The notes under the pieces: generated by a model
Told to the model about the DNA's origin: nothing
Database searches by the model: none
What the model saw: only the letters and a program-made list of their open reading frames with translations
Translations under genes and position numbers: made by a program
In this document: piece after piece, positions 33,372 through 44,253 of the stretch
Layout of the letters: the number at the start of each line of letters is the position of its first letter
Position numbering within the stretch: position 1 is the stretch's first letter
Source: an uncultured cyanobacterium
GTDB lineage: Bacteria; Cyanobacteriota; Cyanobacteriia; Leptolyngbyales; Leptolyngbyaceae
Assembly: GCA_963766075.1 (NCBI GenBank)
Contig: CAVYAN010000072.1
Location: 64,001-128,000 of the forward strand
Length of the DNA: 64,000 nt
Direction: 5' to 3'

Positions 33372-34097
33372 ACACTGTCGTCTCATCCTCAAGGCCATGT
33401 GAATCCTATGCAAACAACCCGCTTGCCGCATTCGCCCGATCTACCTTCGCCAGACCCGCTACAGTCGGTGCCCCAGAACGTTCAGCCGCCCATCTCGCCA
33501 GAAATGAATTTGCTGATCGACTGTGCCCGCACCCAGATTGCCGATCCAATGGCGCAACACATTCGGGCGCTCTGTGGCTCGGCGTTGGATTGGGCGGTGC
33601 TGTTGCAGCTTGCCCAGCAGCATCGCCTGCTGCCCTTGCTGTACATTAACCTGAACACCATTTGTCCGGAGTTAGTGCCCGCGCCCATACTGCAAGAGTT
33701 GCAAAGGCTCTATCGACAAAACGGGCTACACTGTCGTCTCATCCTCAAGGTCATGTCCTCCAGGTCATGTGAATCCTATGCCAACACCCTGCTTGCCGCA
33801 TTCGCCCAATCTAGATTCGCCAGATCGGCTACAGTCAGTGCCCCAGAACGTTCAGCCGCCCATCTCGCCAGAAATGAATTTGCTGATCGACTGTGCCCGC
33901 ACCCAGATTGCCGATCCAATGGCGCAACACATTCGGGCGCTCTGTGGCTCGGCGTTGGATTGGACGGTGCTGTTGCAGCTTGCCCATCAGCATCGCCTGC
34001 TGCCCTTGCTGTACATTAACTTGAACACCATTTGTCCGGAGTTAGTGCCCGCGCCCATACTGCAAGAGTTGCAGAGCCTCTATCGACAAAACGGACT
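33372..34097 (+). repeat. Diverged tandem duplication (356 bp + 370 bp) of the nucleotidyltransferase 5' region
   Basis: Copy 1 33372-33727 and copy 2 33728-34097 nearly identical; copy 2 has an extra 14 bp. Confidence 0.9.
33399..33727 (+). pseudogene. Truncated duplicate of the nucleotidyltransferase N-terminus
   Basis: Encodes the same first ~110 aa, then runs out of frame into copy 2. Confidence 0.7.
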
Positions 34098-35074
34098 GCA
34101 TAATCTCCGCTTTACAGGGGAGCTGATCCAACTCTTGAAGAGCTTAAAGGCACAGGGGTTTGAGGCGGTGCCCTTTAAAGGCCCGGTGTTGGCGATCGCG
34201 GCCTATGGAAATTTGAACCTGCGGATGTTTGGCGATCTGGATATTTTGGTACAGACCAAAGACTATCTGCCCGTCCGGAACTTCCTGATCAGCCAAGGCT
34301 ATAGGACGGGTGAATCATGGCATTTTTCCAAAGCAGAAGAAGAAGCCCATATCACCTGGTTTGGTGAATGTGCCCTCATCCACCCGGAGCGGCGGGTCTC
34401 GATTGACCTGCATCAACGTTTAGTCGCGGGCTATTTATTTCGACTTTCTAGAAACTTTGATGCGATCTGGACGCGGCTAAAACCGATCGCGATCTTAGAA
34501 AAAACGGTGGAAAGCCTCAAGCCGGAGGACTTGCTTTTATATCTATGCATCCATGGCACCAAGGATTTCTGGCAACGCCTCACTTGGATCTGTGATATTT
34601 CCGAATTGATTGAGAGACACCCCACACTGCAATGGGATGAAGTGTTCGAGCAAGCCAAAGAACACGGGCAGAGCGGATGCTGCGCTTAGGGCTGGCCCTC
34701 GCGCATCAGATTTTAGGCACAGTCTTACCCTCCTGAAATTCAGGCCAAGATCCGAACGGATGTCTCCCTGGAGCGGGTAGTCTAGCGACCTCCGCCAGAA
34801 GATATACCACAACACAAACACACCACCCGGCAGGGTGACACCCAATGAGTTTTGGTACTACATGCAAGTGATGGACAATTGGCTAGAGCGCTTACATCTT
34901 AGCCGCCTCTACCTATGGCATTGGACGTTCTTTTCAGTGCAGAAATGGATTCGGCCCACCGCTAACGATCGCCTGTTTTGTCAATTGCCGGATGCTTGGT
35001 ACGGTCTGTACTATCTGATTCGTCCTTTCCGCTTAACAACTAAACTGCTGGGTTTAGCGAGACGGCACCCGTAA
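33769..35074 (+). CDS. Nucleotidyltransferase family protein (NTP_transf_5-like); about three apparent frameshifts at 34665-34790
   Basis: FKGPVLA..AYGNLNLRMFGDLDILV, IDLH, LYLCIHG.K..W.RL.WICDI; C-terminal LYYLIRPFRL in ORF 34835-35074. Confidence 0.82.
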
Positions 35075-35194
35075 TGCACTGGGCGGATCGCGCGATCGCC
35101 CGCTTTCGGGGAAAGGAGTACGCCAGAACTGGCCTATACTTGAAGGTGACTAAGATCTGATATTTCCTTCCGCTCCCGCAGGGGAGAGCGAGTT

Positions 35195-36031
35195 GTGATG
35201 TACCAACCGACTTATCCAAGCAATGCCCCCCGACCTCCGGCGGAAACGTTGCCCACGATGTACGATTTGCCCAGTGAAGATCCGGAGGATCTTGATCTGA
35301 GCAATGCGCCGCGACCTCCGGCAGAAGTGCTGCCCACGATGTACGATTTGCCCAGTGAAGATCCGGAGGAGCCCGGTTTGCCCGATGAATTTCATGATTT
35401 TCAGCCGAAGTTGCTGCGTGAGACGTATCAGCGGATCGGGGAGGGTGTGGAGCCAGTGTTTATCGGGGCTGACCTGAATCTTTATTACGATGCCCGCCAT
35501 CCGCGTTGGTATAAACGCCCGGATTGGTTTTTGGTGTTGGGGGTGATCTCGGGAACGCAGCAAAGCGATTTGCGGTTGAGCTATGTGACGTGGCAAGAGG
35601 GCGTTGACCCATTTTTAGTGGTGGAGCTGCTGTCACCGGGAACGGAGGCGGAGGATTTGGGGCAGACGTTGCGCGAGGTGAATCAGCCGCCAACAAAGTG
35701 GCATGTGTATGAGCAAATTTTGCGGATTCCTTACTATGCCGTGTTTGACCGCTACACGATGCAGTTTCGCTTGTTTCGGCTAGTGGCCACGCACTATGAA
35801 GAACTCCCACTGGACGATCGCCGCTATTGGTTTGCGGAGTTGCAGTTGGGTCTGGGGGTGTGGTCGGGCCGGTATAGCGGCGTGGAGGGCCAATGGTTGC
35901 GTTGGTATGACGGGGCGGGGCATTGGCTGGCGACGGCGGTGGAGCGGGCGGAACAGGAAGCCCAACGGGCGGACCGATTGGCGGCTCGGTTGCGATCGCT
36001 CGGCATTGATCCGGACCAAATTGATGACTAA
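35195..36031 (+). CDS. Uma2 family (DUF820) endonuclease-like protein
   Basis: LPTMYDLPSEDPEEPGLPDEFH, RPDWF, VELLSPGT, C-terminal AEQEAQRADRLAARLRSLGIDP. Confidence 0.88.
   Translation: MMYQPTYPSNAPRPPAETLPTMYDLPSEDPEDLDLSNAPRPPAEVLPTMYDLPSEDPEEPGLPDEFHDFQPKLLRETYQRIGEGVEPVFIGADLNLYYDARHPRWYKRPDWFLVLGVISGTQQSDLRLSYVTWQEGVDPFLVVELLSPGTEAEDLGQTLREVNQPPTKWHVYEQILRIPYYAVFDRYTMQFRLFRLVATHYEELPLDDRRYWFAELQLGLGVWSGRYSGVEGQWLRWYDGAGHWLATAVERAEQEAQRADRLAARLRSLGIDPDQIDD
35219..35370 (+). repeat. In-frame 81-bp-period duplication in the Uma2 N-terminus
   Basis: SNAPRPPAE(T/V)LPTMYDLPSEDPE(D/E) twice. Confidence 0.9.
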
Positions 36032-36183
36032 TATTGATGACCAAATTGAGGCGTAGGCGATCGCGTTGGGGGCGGCGAGACTCCGATCCATTGCACGGCC
36101 TCGGGGTGATGGCGTCGCTTGGGCGATAGAATAAAATAAGCAGGGCTAGAATCAGCAGAACTTGCGTCACCCATGAGGACTGC

Positions 36184-36764
36184 ATGATTTCCCTTCAGTA
36201 CTTCGTTCCAGAGGGTTTCCGCGATCGCGCCACAACCGATTACAGGACCGCCTGGTATTGTACTGCGGGGGATTAGTTGGGCAACCTATCAAGCACTGGT
36301 GCGCGAACTTGAGTGCCAACCAACCAAACGCTTCACCTATGATCAGGGTCTGCTGGAAATTTTCATGCCCCTACCCCCTCATGAAAGCTATAAGCGCTGG
36401 ACCGGTCGTTATTCAAAACGAGGCCACCATCCGGGGGAAAATGAACATCGATTTAGCGATCGACCCACCACCGGATTTGGCCATCGAAATTGATATCACG
36501 AGTCCGTCACTGCCTCGCTTACCGATCTATGGAGCGCTGGGGATTCCTGAGGTCTGGCGGTTTGATGGAGAAAACATGGTGCTGCTTGCCCTTGTCGGTG
36601 GTAGCTATCAGGAAATCCAAACTTCGATCGCGCTGCCCAGGGTGACTCCAGCCGTTTTGCAAACCTGGCTGAGCCAAGCAATCACGATGGGCGAAACCCA
36701 TTGGGCCAAGGCCCTGCGTCGCTGGGTCCGGGAGCAATCAACTCGGGCAACAGAGCTGAATTAA
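36184..36764 (+). pseudogene. Degenerate Uma2 family gene with frameshifts and an internal deletion near 36410
   Basis: Fragments RFTYDQGLLEIFMPLPPHE and IQNE...DPPPDLAIEIDITS...GIPEVWRFDG in different frames; the central PD segment is absent. Confidence 0.7.
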
Positions 36765-36788
36765 ACAGGCAAAACGTCACGGTGGGGC

Positions 36789-37173
36789 TTGAGACGGATT
36801 ATACCGGTGCCGATTTTCTCTACCAATACTCCGGACACTTTTGCCGACGTTTGCCATGCGGGTTTGAAGCACCTGGCGGTCATCTCAGAGGGGATGGCTG
36901 TGAAGTTAAGCGAGTATTGGTTGTGCGAAGTCTGTAGGGGATATGACTTTGAGGTGCCCTTTGATAACAATCAAGCGGAGCGCGATATTCGCATGATGAA
37001 GTTGAAGCAGAAAATCTCAGGTTCGTTTCGCTCTCAGGCTGGGGCTCAGATGTTCTGTCGCATTCGCGGCTATCTCTCTACTCTCAGGAAACAAGGCATT
37101 GATGTGTTGGATGCCTTGACGAGTCTTTTTATGGGCGATCTTATCGTCCCCGACTTCTCCGCTGAGTAGTTAC
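36789..37173 (+). mobile_element. IS66-family transposase 3' remnant with right end
   Basis: [27 protein letters not shown]...[15 protein letters not shown]; ends GCTGAGTAGTTAC (GTAA on the reverse strand). Confidence 0.8.
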
Positions 37174-37295
37174 CGCCTATCAATGAATGGGGGCGCTGGA
37201 TGAGTGCAGGCGGGCGATCGCCTAGGCCCTGTTATCTGCTTAGCCCGAACAACTTAACCCCAACACCTCACCCGAACACCTGAGGTCAAATTAAC

Positions 37296-37796
37296 TTAGC
37301 CCGGAACAAACCGTAACGACACCCCATTGATGCAGTAGCGTTTCCCTGTGGGCTTCGGTCCATCTTCAAATACATGTCCCAGGTGCCCGCCGCAGCGCCG
37401 ACACTTCACTTCCACCCGCGTCATCGCAAAGGATTTGTCGATGGTGGTTTCCACAGCCCCGTCAATCGGCGCATAGAAGCTAGGCCAACCGGTCGTACTG
37501 CTATATTTGGTTTTTGCAGTGAATAGTGGCAATTCGCAACCGGCACAAAAAAAAGTCCCCTGACCCCGTTCCTGATCTAAAGGACTGCTGCCAGCACGCT
37601 CTGTACCCTGCTGACGCAACACCCGAAATTGCTCTGGAGTAAGAATTTTGCGCCATTCCTGTTCGGTTTTAACAATTTTGAATGCCGGGTTTGCTGTTGT
37701 TGCTAGGGATTCTCTAGCTCTTCGCGGTACATAGTGGGACAAGCCGACGGTGCCAACTATCGCGGTGGCTGTCCATAGGAAATATCGTCTTTTCAT
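37296..37796 (-). CDS. msrB: Peptide-methionine (R)-S-oxide reductase with Tat-like signal
   Basis: GTERA, CxxC twice, GWPSF, HLGHVFEDGP, RYCING; MKRRYFL. Confidence 0.95.
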   Translation of the reverse strand: MKRRYFLWTATAIVGTVGLSHYVPRRARESLATTANPAFKIVKTEQEWRKILTPEQFRVLRQQGTERAGSSPLDQERGQGTFFCAGCELPLFTAKTKYSSTTGWPSFYAPIDGAVETTIDKSFAMTRVEVKCRRCGGHLGHVFEDGPKPTGKRYCINGVSLRFVPG

Positions 37797-38079
37797 GGGG
37801 CAGTGTGTTCCTGTTGCGGTTCAGAAGATAATTTCAGGGGGTAATTTAGCTGCTAACTCAACGGGGACTGACGCAATCGCAATCGCGCAATCGTACTCTC
37901 AATGAAATGATGCGCAAATACTCTGAATGGGTGGTGAGGAATATCTGAAAGTCCGCTAAGAATAGCGCGATCGCACCTGCGTCTGGTGAGTCAAATATCA
38001 GCTATCGGGTATCAACTATCACGCTTTCAACGTCATTATCTATGCCATGATCCAGAGACAGGCGCGATCGCAGAACTAG

Positions 38080-39135
38080 ATGAAGGACTCCCTCAAACGC
38101 ATTCAAGTCGGGGCCACCTGCTTTGCCCTTATTTTCGGCATGGCCGTCACCGGCTATCGGATGGCGGGTTGGAGTCTATTGGATGCCATTTACATGGTCG
38201 TGATTACAGTATTTGGCGTGGGCTTTGGCGAAGTCAGGCCCATGAGTCCTTATCTGCGCATTTTTACCATTTTTGTCATCGTGTCAGGATATACCGCCGT
38301 CGCCTATATCGTCGGTGGATTTCTGCAACTGATTACCGAAGGCGAAATTAACCGAGCATTGGGAGCCAGACGCATGAAAAAGGACATTGCGACCCTCAAA
38401 CAGCATGTGATTATCTGTGGCTACGGGCGACTGGGACAAATCCTCGCGCACAAAATGGTGGAATCTCAACAGCCCTTTGTCATTATTGACAATAGCCTCA
38501 ACCGGGTGGAAACCGTGGCGGCCATGGGCTATTTGGTTTGTCACGGTAATGCCACAGATGAAGAAATTTTGGAAGCGGCGGGCATTCAACAGGCCAAGGC
38601 CCTGACGACGGTATTGCCAGATGATGCGGCCAATGTGTTCATTACTCTGACCGCGCGCAGCCTCAATCCGAATTTGGTGATTCTGGCACGGGGGGAGTTT
38701 CCTTCTACTGAAAAAAAGCTGAAGCAAGCGGGGGCGGATCATGTCGTCCTGCCTGCCACGATCGGGGCGCTGCGCATGGCTCACATGATTACGCATCCGG
38801 CGGCGATCGAGTTCCTGGACCAAAACGATGGCCGGAGCAATCTGGATGAACTGCTGGCTCAAATCGACGTGCAATTGGACGAGTTTGCCATTCCTCCCCA
38901 TTCGCCCCTAGTGGGGACCAGTCTGGGGGATCTGCTCGTGCGGGGCAAGCGTAATTTTATTATTGTGGCGTTGCGCCGTGCTACTGGGAAAACCTTGACT
39001 AACCCCAGCGATACCATTCGTCTATCCGAAGGAGATACGCTGATTTTGATGGGCCATAAGGGGGATATTCCGCAAATTGCACAGCATTATGCACTGCAAC
39101 GACAAATGAAGTACCGGGGAATCCGAGCGCGGTAG
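38080..39135 (+). CDS. 2-TM potassium channel with RCK (TrkA-N/TrkA-C) domains
   Basis: Pore loop ITVFGVGFGEV, ICGYGRLG Rossmann motif. Confidence 0.88.
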   Translation: MKDSLKRIQVGATCFALIFGMAVTGYRMAGWSLLDAIYMVVITVFGVGFGEVRPMSPYLRIFTIFVIVSGYTAVAYIVGGFLQLITEGEINRALGARRMKKDIATLKQHVIICGYGRLGQILAHKMVESQQPFVIIDNSLNRVETVAAMGYLVCHGNATDEEILEAAGIQQAKALTTVLPDDAANVFITLTARSLNPNLVILARGEFPSTEKKLKQAGADHVVLPATIGALRMAHMITHPAAIEFLDQNDGRSNLDELLAQIDVQLDEFAIPPHSPLVGTSLGDLLVRGKRNFIIVALRRATGKTLTNPSDTIRLSEGDTLILMGHKGDIPQIAQHYALQRQMKYRGIRAR

Positions 39136-39202
39136 GAAGCCCCATCGTAGCCCTTGGGAATTAGCTGGGGGATTCTAATGGGGGAATTTATGGATGCCGT
39201 GT

Positions 39203-40198
39203 TTAGTTGTCTGACTTGGTCTCTGACTTGCTTTCTGGCTGGCGACTCAAACTTCGCACGATCGCCAGATATTGGCCTAAGAAGGGTAATCCACCGATCG
39301 CGGGTAACACATACCGCGATGTGCACAACACGCCCAAAGCGGCTGCGGTTTGGGCATTAAAAAACGGTTGATAGAACACAATCAGGGCGGCATCCCGTGT
39401 CCCGACACCCGCAAAGGTTAGCGGTAGTAAACCCGCCAAAATCGCCAACGGCGACAGGGCTAAATTGGTGATAAACGGCGTCCAGGCTTTGAGGGCCAGG
39501 ATAAAAAACCAGATTTGCAGCAAATGCAGAAACCAAATAAAGATCGACGTGAGGGTGATGGTGAGAAATTGGCGGCGATCGCCCCAGAAGTACCCATGCA
39601 TCTCGAGCCAAGAATCGCGGAGTTTGGAGAGCTTTAGCTTGATTTTTGGTGGGGCGATCGCTTGGACTATATCAAAAAACAACCGGGCAAACCCTTGGGA
39701 CCCTAGGAGCAACGCCAACAGTAAAAATCCCCCCAGCACACTGGCCGTCATCACGCCAAACAGCCAGTCCTTGTGGGGATACAGGACCAACCCAAAGGCG
39801 CACCACAGCAGCAGCGATAGCATGTCACACGCTTTCTCAAAAATCACCAGCGACAGGGACAGAGCGCCACTCAAATGACCGCGCTCCCGCATGAAATAGG
39901 CTTTGGCAATGTCACCCATTTTCGAGGGCAGCACCATATTCAGGACACTGGCCACCAAAATGAGGCGATTGGCCTCGCCAAAGCTCAGACTGGCGTTTTT
40001 GCCCCGTTGCCGATTTGGCATGAGCTGCTGCAATCGCCAAGCTGTGATCAGGGTAATCGGGATCACCATAGCCAGACTGATGGCCATCCACGGGCGATCG
40101 CACTGCTGCAACACAGCCACCAATCCACGAGCATCAATCTTCCAGTAGATCACCCCCAAAATCAAAAGGCTAACGGCGATGGAAACTAAACGCTTCAT
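39203..40198 (-). CDS. Lysylphosphatidylglycerol synthase TM-domain (UPF0104) flippase-like protein
   Basis: Multi-TM; LPSKMGDIAKAY, LPLTFAGVGTRD. Confidence 0.8.
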   Translation of the reverse strand: MKRLVSIAVSLLILGVIYWKIDARGLVAVLQQCDRPWMAISLAMVIPITLITAWRLQQLMPNRQRGKNASLSFGEANRLILVASVLNMVLPSKMGDIAKAYFMRERGHLSGALSLSLVIFEKACDMLSLLLWCAFGLVLYPHKDWLFGVMTASVLGGFLLLALLLGSQGFARLFFDIVQAIAPPKIKLKLSKLRDSWLEMHGYFWGDRRQFLTITLTSIFIWFLHLLQIWFFILALKAWTPFITNLALSPLAILAGLLPLTFAGVGTRDAALIVFYQPFFNAQTAAALGVLCTSRYVLPAIGGLPFLGQYLAIVRSLSRQPESKSETKSDN

Positions 40199-40313
40199 GA
40201 CAATTTTGGTAAAGGGGGCGGGCCAGCAGCAGCCTCTGTTAAGGCTACCATTCCTCACCGAGCGCTTGGCTCCTAAACCGGGGCTTCTAAACCTCGGGCC
40301 TAAGCCTCGGGGC

Positions 40314-42639
40314 CTAAACCTTGGCCACCGCGATCGCCCGCACCTCAGCCGCGCGATCAAAGAGCACACGAGGTTTTAGCAAAATGCGACAGAGCAGCCA
40401 CAGCGATCGCAGTTCGCCGGGACTGTTATAGCGTTGCCACTGTCCGGGACGGCAGAAGAGCATTTCCACTAAGCGACGCTGTTGGGCAAGCTCGACGGTT
40501 TGAAATTGCACCCGTACCGAGGGAAATCCCTCATCCACACCGCTATGGGTGACGACGCCCTTCAGGGGCAGATCCTCCTCCAAAATTTCTAGGGTTACGG
40601 GCAGTTCGGCACCGGGAGCCAGAGGAGGGGAATCCAGATTGAGTCAACTGCACTTCGGCTCCTCCCTCGGACATCATGGTGGTGATTCCCAAAAACTGAC
40701 GGCGTTGGGGCTGTGTCGATGCCGGTTGCTCGGCTGGCATCGGTTCCGGCGTATCCACCCGCAACCAGATGGTTCGGCGTAAATCAAACCAGTCATTCGG
40801 ATCGGGTTTGGGCACATCCAGCAAAATTAATAGGGCAATGCCGATCATCACCAGGTTGTATAGACTCCAGAGCCAGCCGAGGCCGATCCCTTTGACTTGG
40901 AGGGCAATGTCCGGAGACACGGTGGTTTGCCATGCCCCTTTAACCATGCACAGGCCCAGATTGCGCCACAGGCTGACGGCAGTCATCCCGAACAGCCCAA
41001 TCAGCGGCAGAGCTAGATTCCAGTTGAAGGAAAAGCGATCGCGGGAGCCCCCCTTTGGCGTCACCTGAAACCCTTTAGAAAAAGGATTCAGGAACACTTG
41101 CAACACCGTCAACGCGAGGGGAAAGGTCAACACGAGGGAATAAATATCCGACAGCAGGGCCGAACGCGATCGATGGTTTAACCAGGCAAACACCGTCAAC
41201 TGCACCAAGTAGTAGGGCAGAAAGAAATACATCGTCTCTTCTGGAGTGGCCCGCAGGGGAATAATGCCCACAGAATAGACCAAGGGCACCAGCAGATAAC
41301 CGACGCGGGACAAACTCGTAAACCAGTGCAGCAAGCCTTCCAGATGGGCCAACCGCTGCAACGGCGTCAAGCCGGGAATCGTCAGGGGATTGGCTTCGAT
41401 GAAAAAGGCTTGCAGCGTGCCCCGCGCCCAACGCAGGCGTTGGGTAGCATGGGCAGCCATGTCATCGGCGGCCAGTCCAGCACTGAGCTTTTCATCCAGA
41501 TACACAAGCTGATAGCCCTGGGCCGACAGGCGAATGCCCGTGAAGTAGTCTTCGCTGAGGGAATCGGTAACAAAGCCTCCCGTGGCTTCCAGGGCTTTAC
41601 GGCGCACCACAAAGGAGGTGCCGGAGCAAATGACACTGCCAGCACCATCCCGAATGGGTTGAATTTGGCGATAGAAGACTTCTTCTTCCGGGGTGAGGAT
41701 GTTTTCTAAGCCGAGATTGCGGGCGATCGGGTCGGAATTATAGAAGCTCTGGGGGGTCTGGACGAGGCCGATGGTATCATCCTGGAAAAATCCGACGGTG
41801 CGGGTGAGAAAGTTGCGGGTGGGAACAAAGTCGGCATCAAAGACAACAATCAAGTCGCCATCGGTTTGGGCGATCGCGTGATTCAGATTTCCCGCTTTGG
41901 CATGGAGATTATCCGGTCGGGTCCGGTACTCACAGCCCAAGTCGGCGGCCAGGGCCTGAATTTCGGGACGGCGGGTGTCGTCTAGTAAATAGATCCGTTT
42001 ATGGGCATAGTCCAGGGCCTGACAGCCAATGATCGTCCGACGCAGAATAAAGGGCGGTTCGTTATAGGTCGGAATGAAAATATCAACGCTGGGCGTAAAT
42101 TGACCGGATTGGACGGCGACCGCGCAGGCATCGGCCTGCTGCCGGCGATCGCGCACTCGGAGCATCAGAAAAAGTTGAATGGTGCCGCTGCTCAACATCA
42201 CCAACTCCAGCACAAATAAGCCCACACTGACGAGGCCAGTTGTGGCATTGGAGAGGTTCAGGGTGGAGAGCGATCGCCACAGCAAATAGCGCCCGGTCAA
42301 CACCAGCAAAATGGTAACGACGATGGTGCGGGACCAGGGACGGGGGACGGGGGAAACTTTCATAATCCCCCAGGCGACTACAAACAAAATCACGGTTGGT
42401 GCAATCAAGTATTCCCCGGCCACCATGGGTACGGCTAACCACAGGGGCGGGGACTCCTGCATCCGATTCAGTTGCCAGAAAATGCGCCCAATCGTATTCT
42501 CATGGGCAAACCAGGCCGCACAAATGCCCGCCGTCAGCAACAGTACAGCCACCATCACCAGCGTGGCCGTGGGGGGGCGTAAGGGCGATCGCCGTCGCGG
42601 TTTCGGGATCACAGGTTGACTCACGTCCGAAATTGTCAT
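40314..42639 (-). CDS. Cellulose synthase-like GT2 with degenerate PilZ-like C-terminus; apparent extra base at 40627-40630
   Basis: IPTYNE, LLDD, HAKAGNLN, FDAD, QTPQ, SED, QRLRW, FQVTPK. Confidence 0.88.
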
Positions 42640-42836
42640 GCCGGGAATTCTCCAACAGAGGGTGATCACGCATTCATCTTGGGCCTTGTAGCGCCCAAAA
42701 CAGAGCCGGCCAAGGGGTTCAAGGTAACTACGTCAAGGCATTGGACTTAGATTCACGGGAGACAGCGAGATTCCACCTTAAAACAGATGCCAAACCAGAT
42801 GCCTGCCTCCCCCGCTACAGACTACAGAATTTTTCA

Positions 42837-44120
42837 TCACGTGTGTTGAATAGGAACCTGGAGCCAGGTCGATAGTTCATAGGCGAGCCAGTCTAATTCT
42901 TGCTCCGTCAAGGGAGGATTTTCGCCCAGCTCAAAGGCGTGATTGCCTGCCCACAGCGTCAAGAGCGGGGCCACTAGGGGCGCGCTTGCCTCCTCCTGGT
43001 GGCGATAATTGAGGTGCTGGGGAGCAGTCCGGGCTGCTGTCAGCGATTGCCCCAGCCCTAGCCTTGGGCCAAGAGAAATTGTTTGGGCATCAATATAAAG
43101 CCGCATTTGTCCCCATAGTGGCGGGATCAGTGGAGCGGGGATCAGAATTTCTAGGGATTCTGCGTCCTTAATCAGCACAACCTGCGTACTGGGGGGCTGA
43201 GCCACGGGTACGCCCTGGGTGAGTAACCGATGCTCCAATGTTTGTAGTGCGTCTTGGGCCGAGCGCGCCCGCAGATCCAAATTCATCTCTGTCAGCCATT
43301 GCAGCCAGGTGGCAAACTCTGGGCTGATGTTGGACATCTGGCTAAAGTCAATCCGCCCGCCCTGATGGGGAAAGTTGGATGGCTGGGTCGCCGTTAGCAA
43401 CGCCGTCAGGGTCATGCCCACACTGTATAGGTCCGAAGCCAGCACGGCTCGTCCCAAAAATTGCTCCGGCGGCATATAGCCATAGGTGCCCACCACAGTA
43501 AACTCGTCGGGATGGTGGTGTCCCTCCGTGCGGACAGAGCCAAAGTCCACCAGATGAATCCGTCGGTTGGCCACCAGAATATTTCCGGGTTTAATATCCC
43601 GATGCACCACAGGGGGCGACTGGCTATGGAGGTAAATCAGAATTTTGAGCAACCCGCGGGCGACCTGGATGGCGTTAGCCTCGGACAGGGGTATCCCCTG
43701 TTGCAACCGCTGACCGAGGGATTGCCCCGCCACATAGCTACGGACTAGGGCGATCGCCTTGGCCCCTGGGAGCGGCTGCTCAAAGAAATCCAGATAGCGG
43801 GGAATGGCTGGATGAGACAGCGATCGCAAAATCTCTACTTCCCGCTCAAACAGCTTCAGATCGTCCCAGTCTAGGTGTTCATCTAAACGCAATATCTTGA
43901 TGACCACGGGGGTTTGGGTTATCTGATCCAGGGCCAACAGAGTCCAGCGCCCAGATTGTTGCCCCCCAGATTGTTGCCCCAGATATTGCTGGACGATGTA
44001 GCGATCGCCCAAAATTTTTCCAACCATGATTGCGGTGCACTCCTCATTTCCTGGGTCAGACCCGTTTTCCCCCGGACCGGAATAATTCGGGGTAGCCTGT
44101 CCAAGTTTCTGAACAGGCAC
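42837..44120 (-). CDS. Serine/threonine protein kinase (start possibly 44027)
   Basis: VVIK, HRDIKPGN, DFG, GTYGYMPPEQ, SDLYS. Confidence 0.9.
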   Translation of the reverse strand: MPVQKLGQATPNYSGPGENGSDPGNEECTAIMVGKILGDRYIVQQYLGQQSGGQQSGRWTLLALDQITQTPVVIKILRLDEHLDWDDLKLFEREVEILRSLSHPAIPRYLDFFEQPLPGAKAIALVRSYVAGQSLGQRLQQGIPLSEANAIQVARGLLKILIYLHSQSPPVVHRDIKPGNILVANRRIHLVDFGSVRTEGHHHPDEFTVVGTYGYMPPEQFLGRAVLASDLYSVGMTLTALLTATQPSNFPHQGGRIDFSQMSNISPEFATWLQWLTEMNLDLRARSAQDALQTLEHRLLTQGVPVAQPPSTQVVLIKDAESLEILIPAPLIPPLWGQMRLYIDAQTISLGPRLGLGQSLTAARTAPQHLNYRHQEEASAPLVAPLLTLWAGNHAFELGENPPLTEQELDWLAYELSTWLQVPIQHT

Positions 44121-44253
44121 AGGGTCAGACCCTGGCGTTCTCTAAATTTCTGACAGACCGACGAATTTCTAAACGTTGAAGCTGCACCGCTGACTCTATT
44201 CCTTAATAACTCATAACGCAAAACTTAACACCTGTTCCTTTATCTTTATATTT

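Noticed and set aside
33182..33649. ORF sharing sequence with the C-terminus of ORF 33399-34019
   Set aside because: Alternative-frame reading of the tandem duplication
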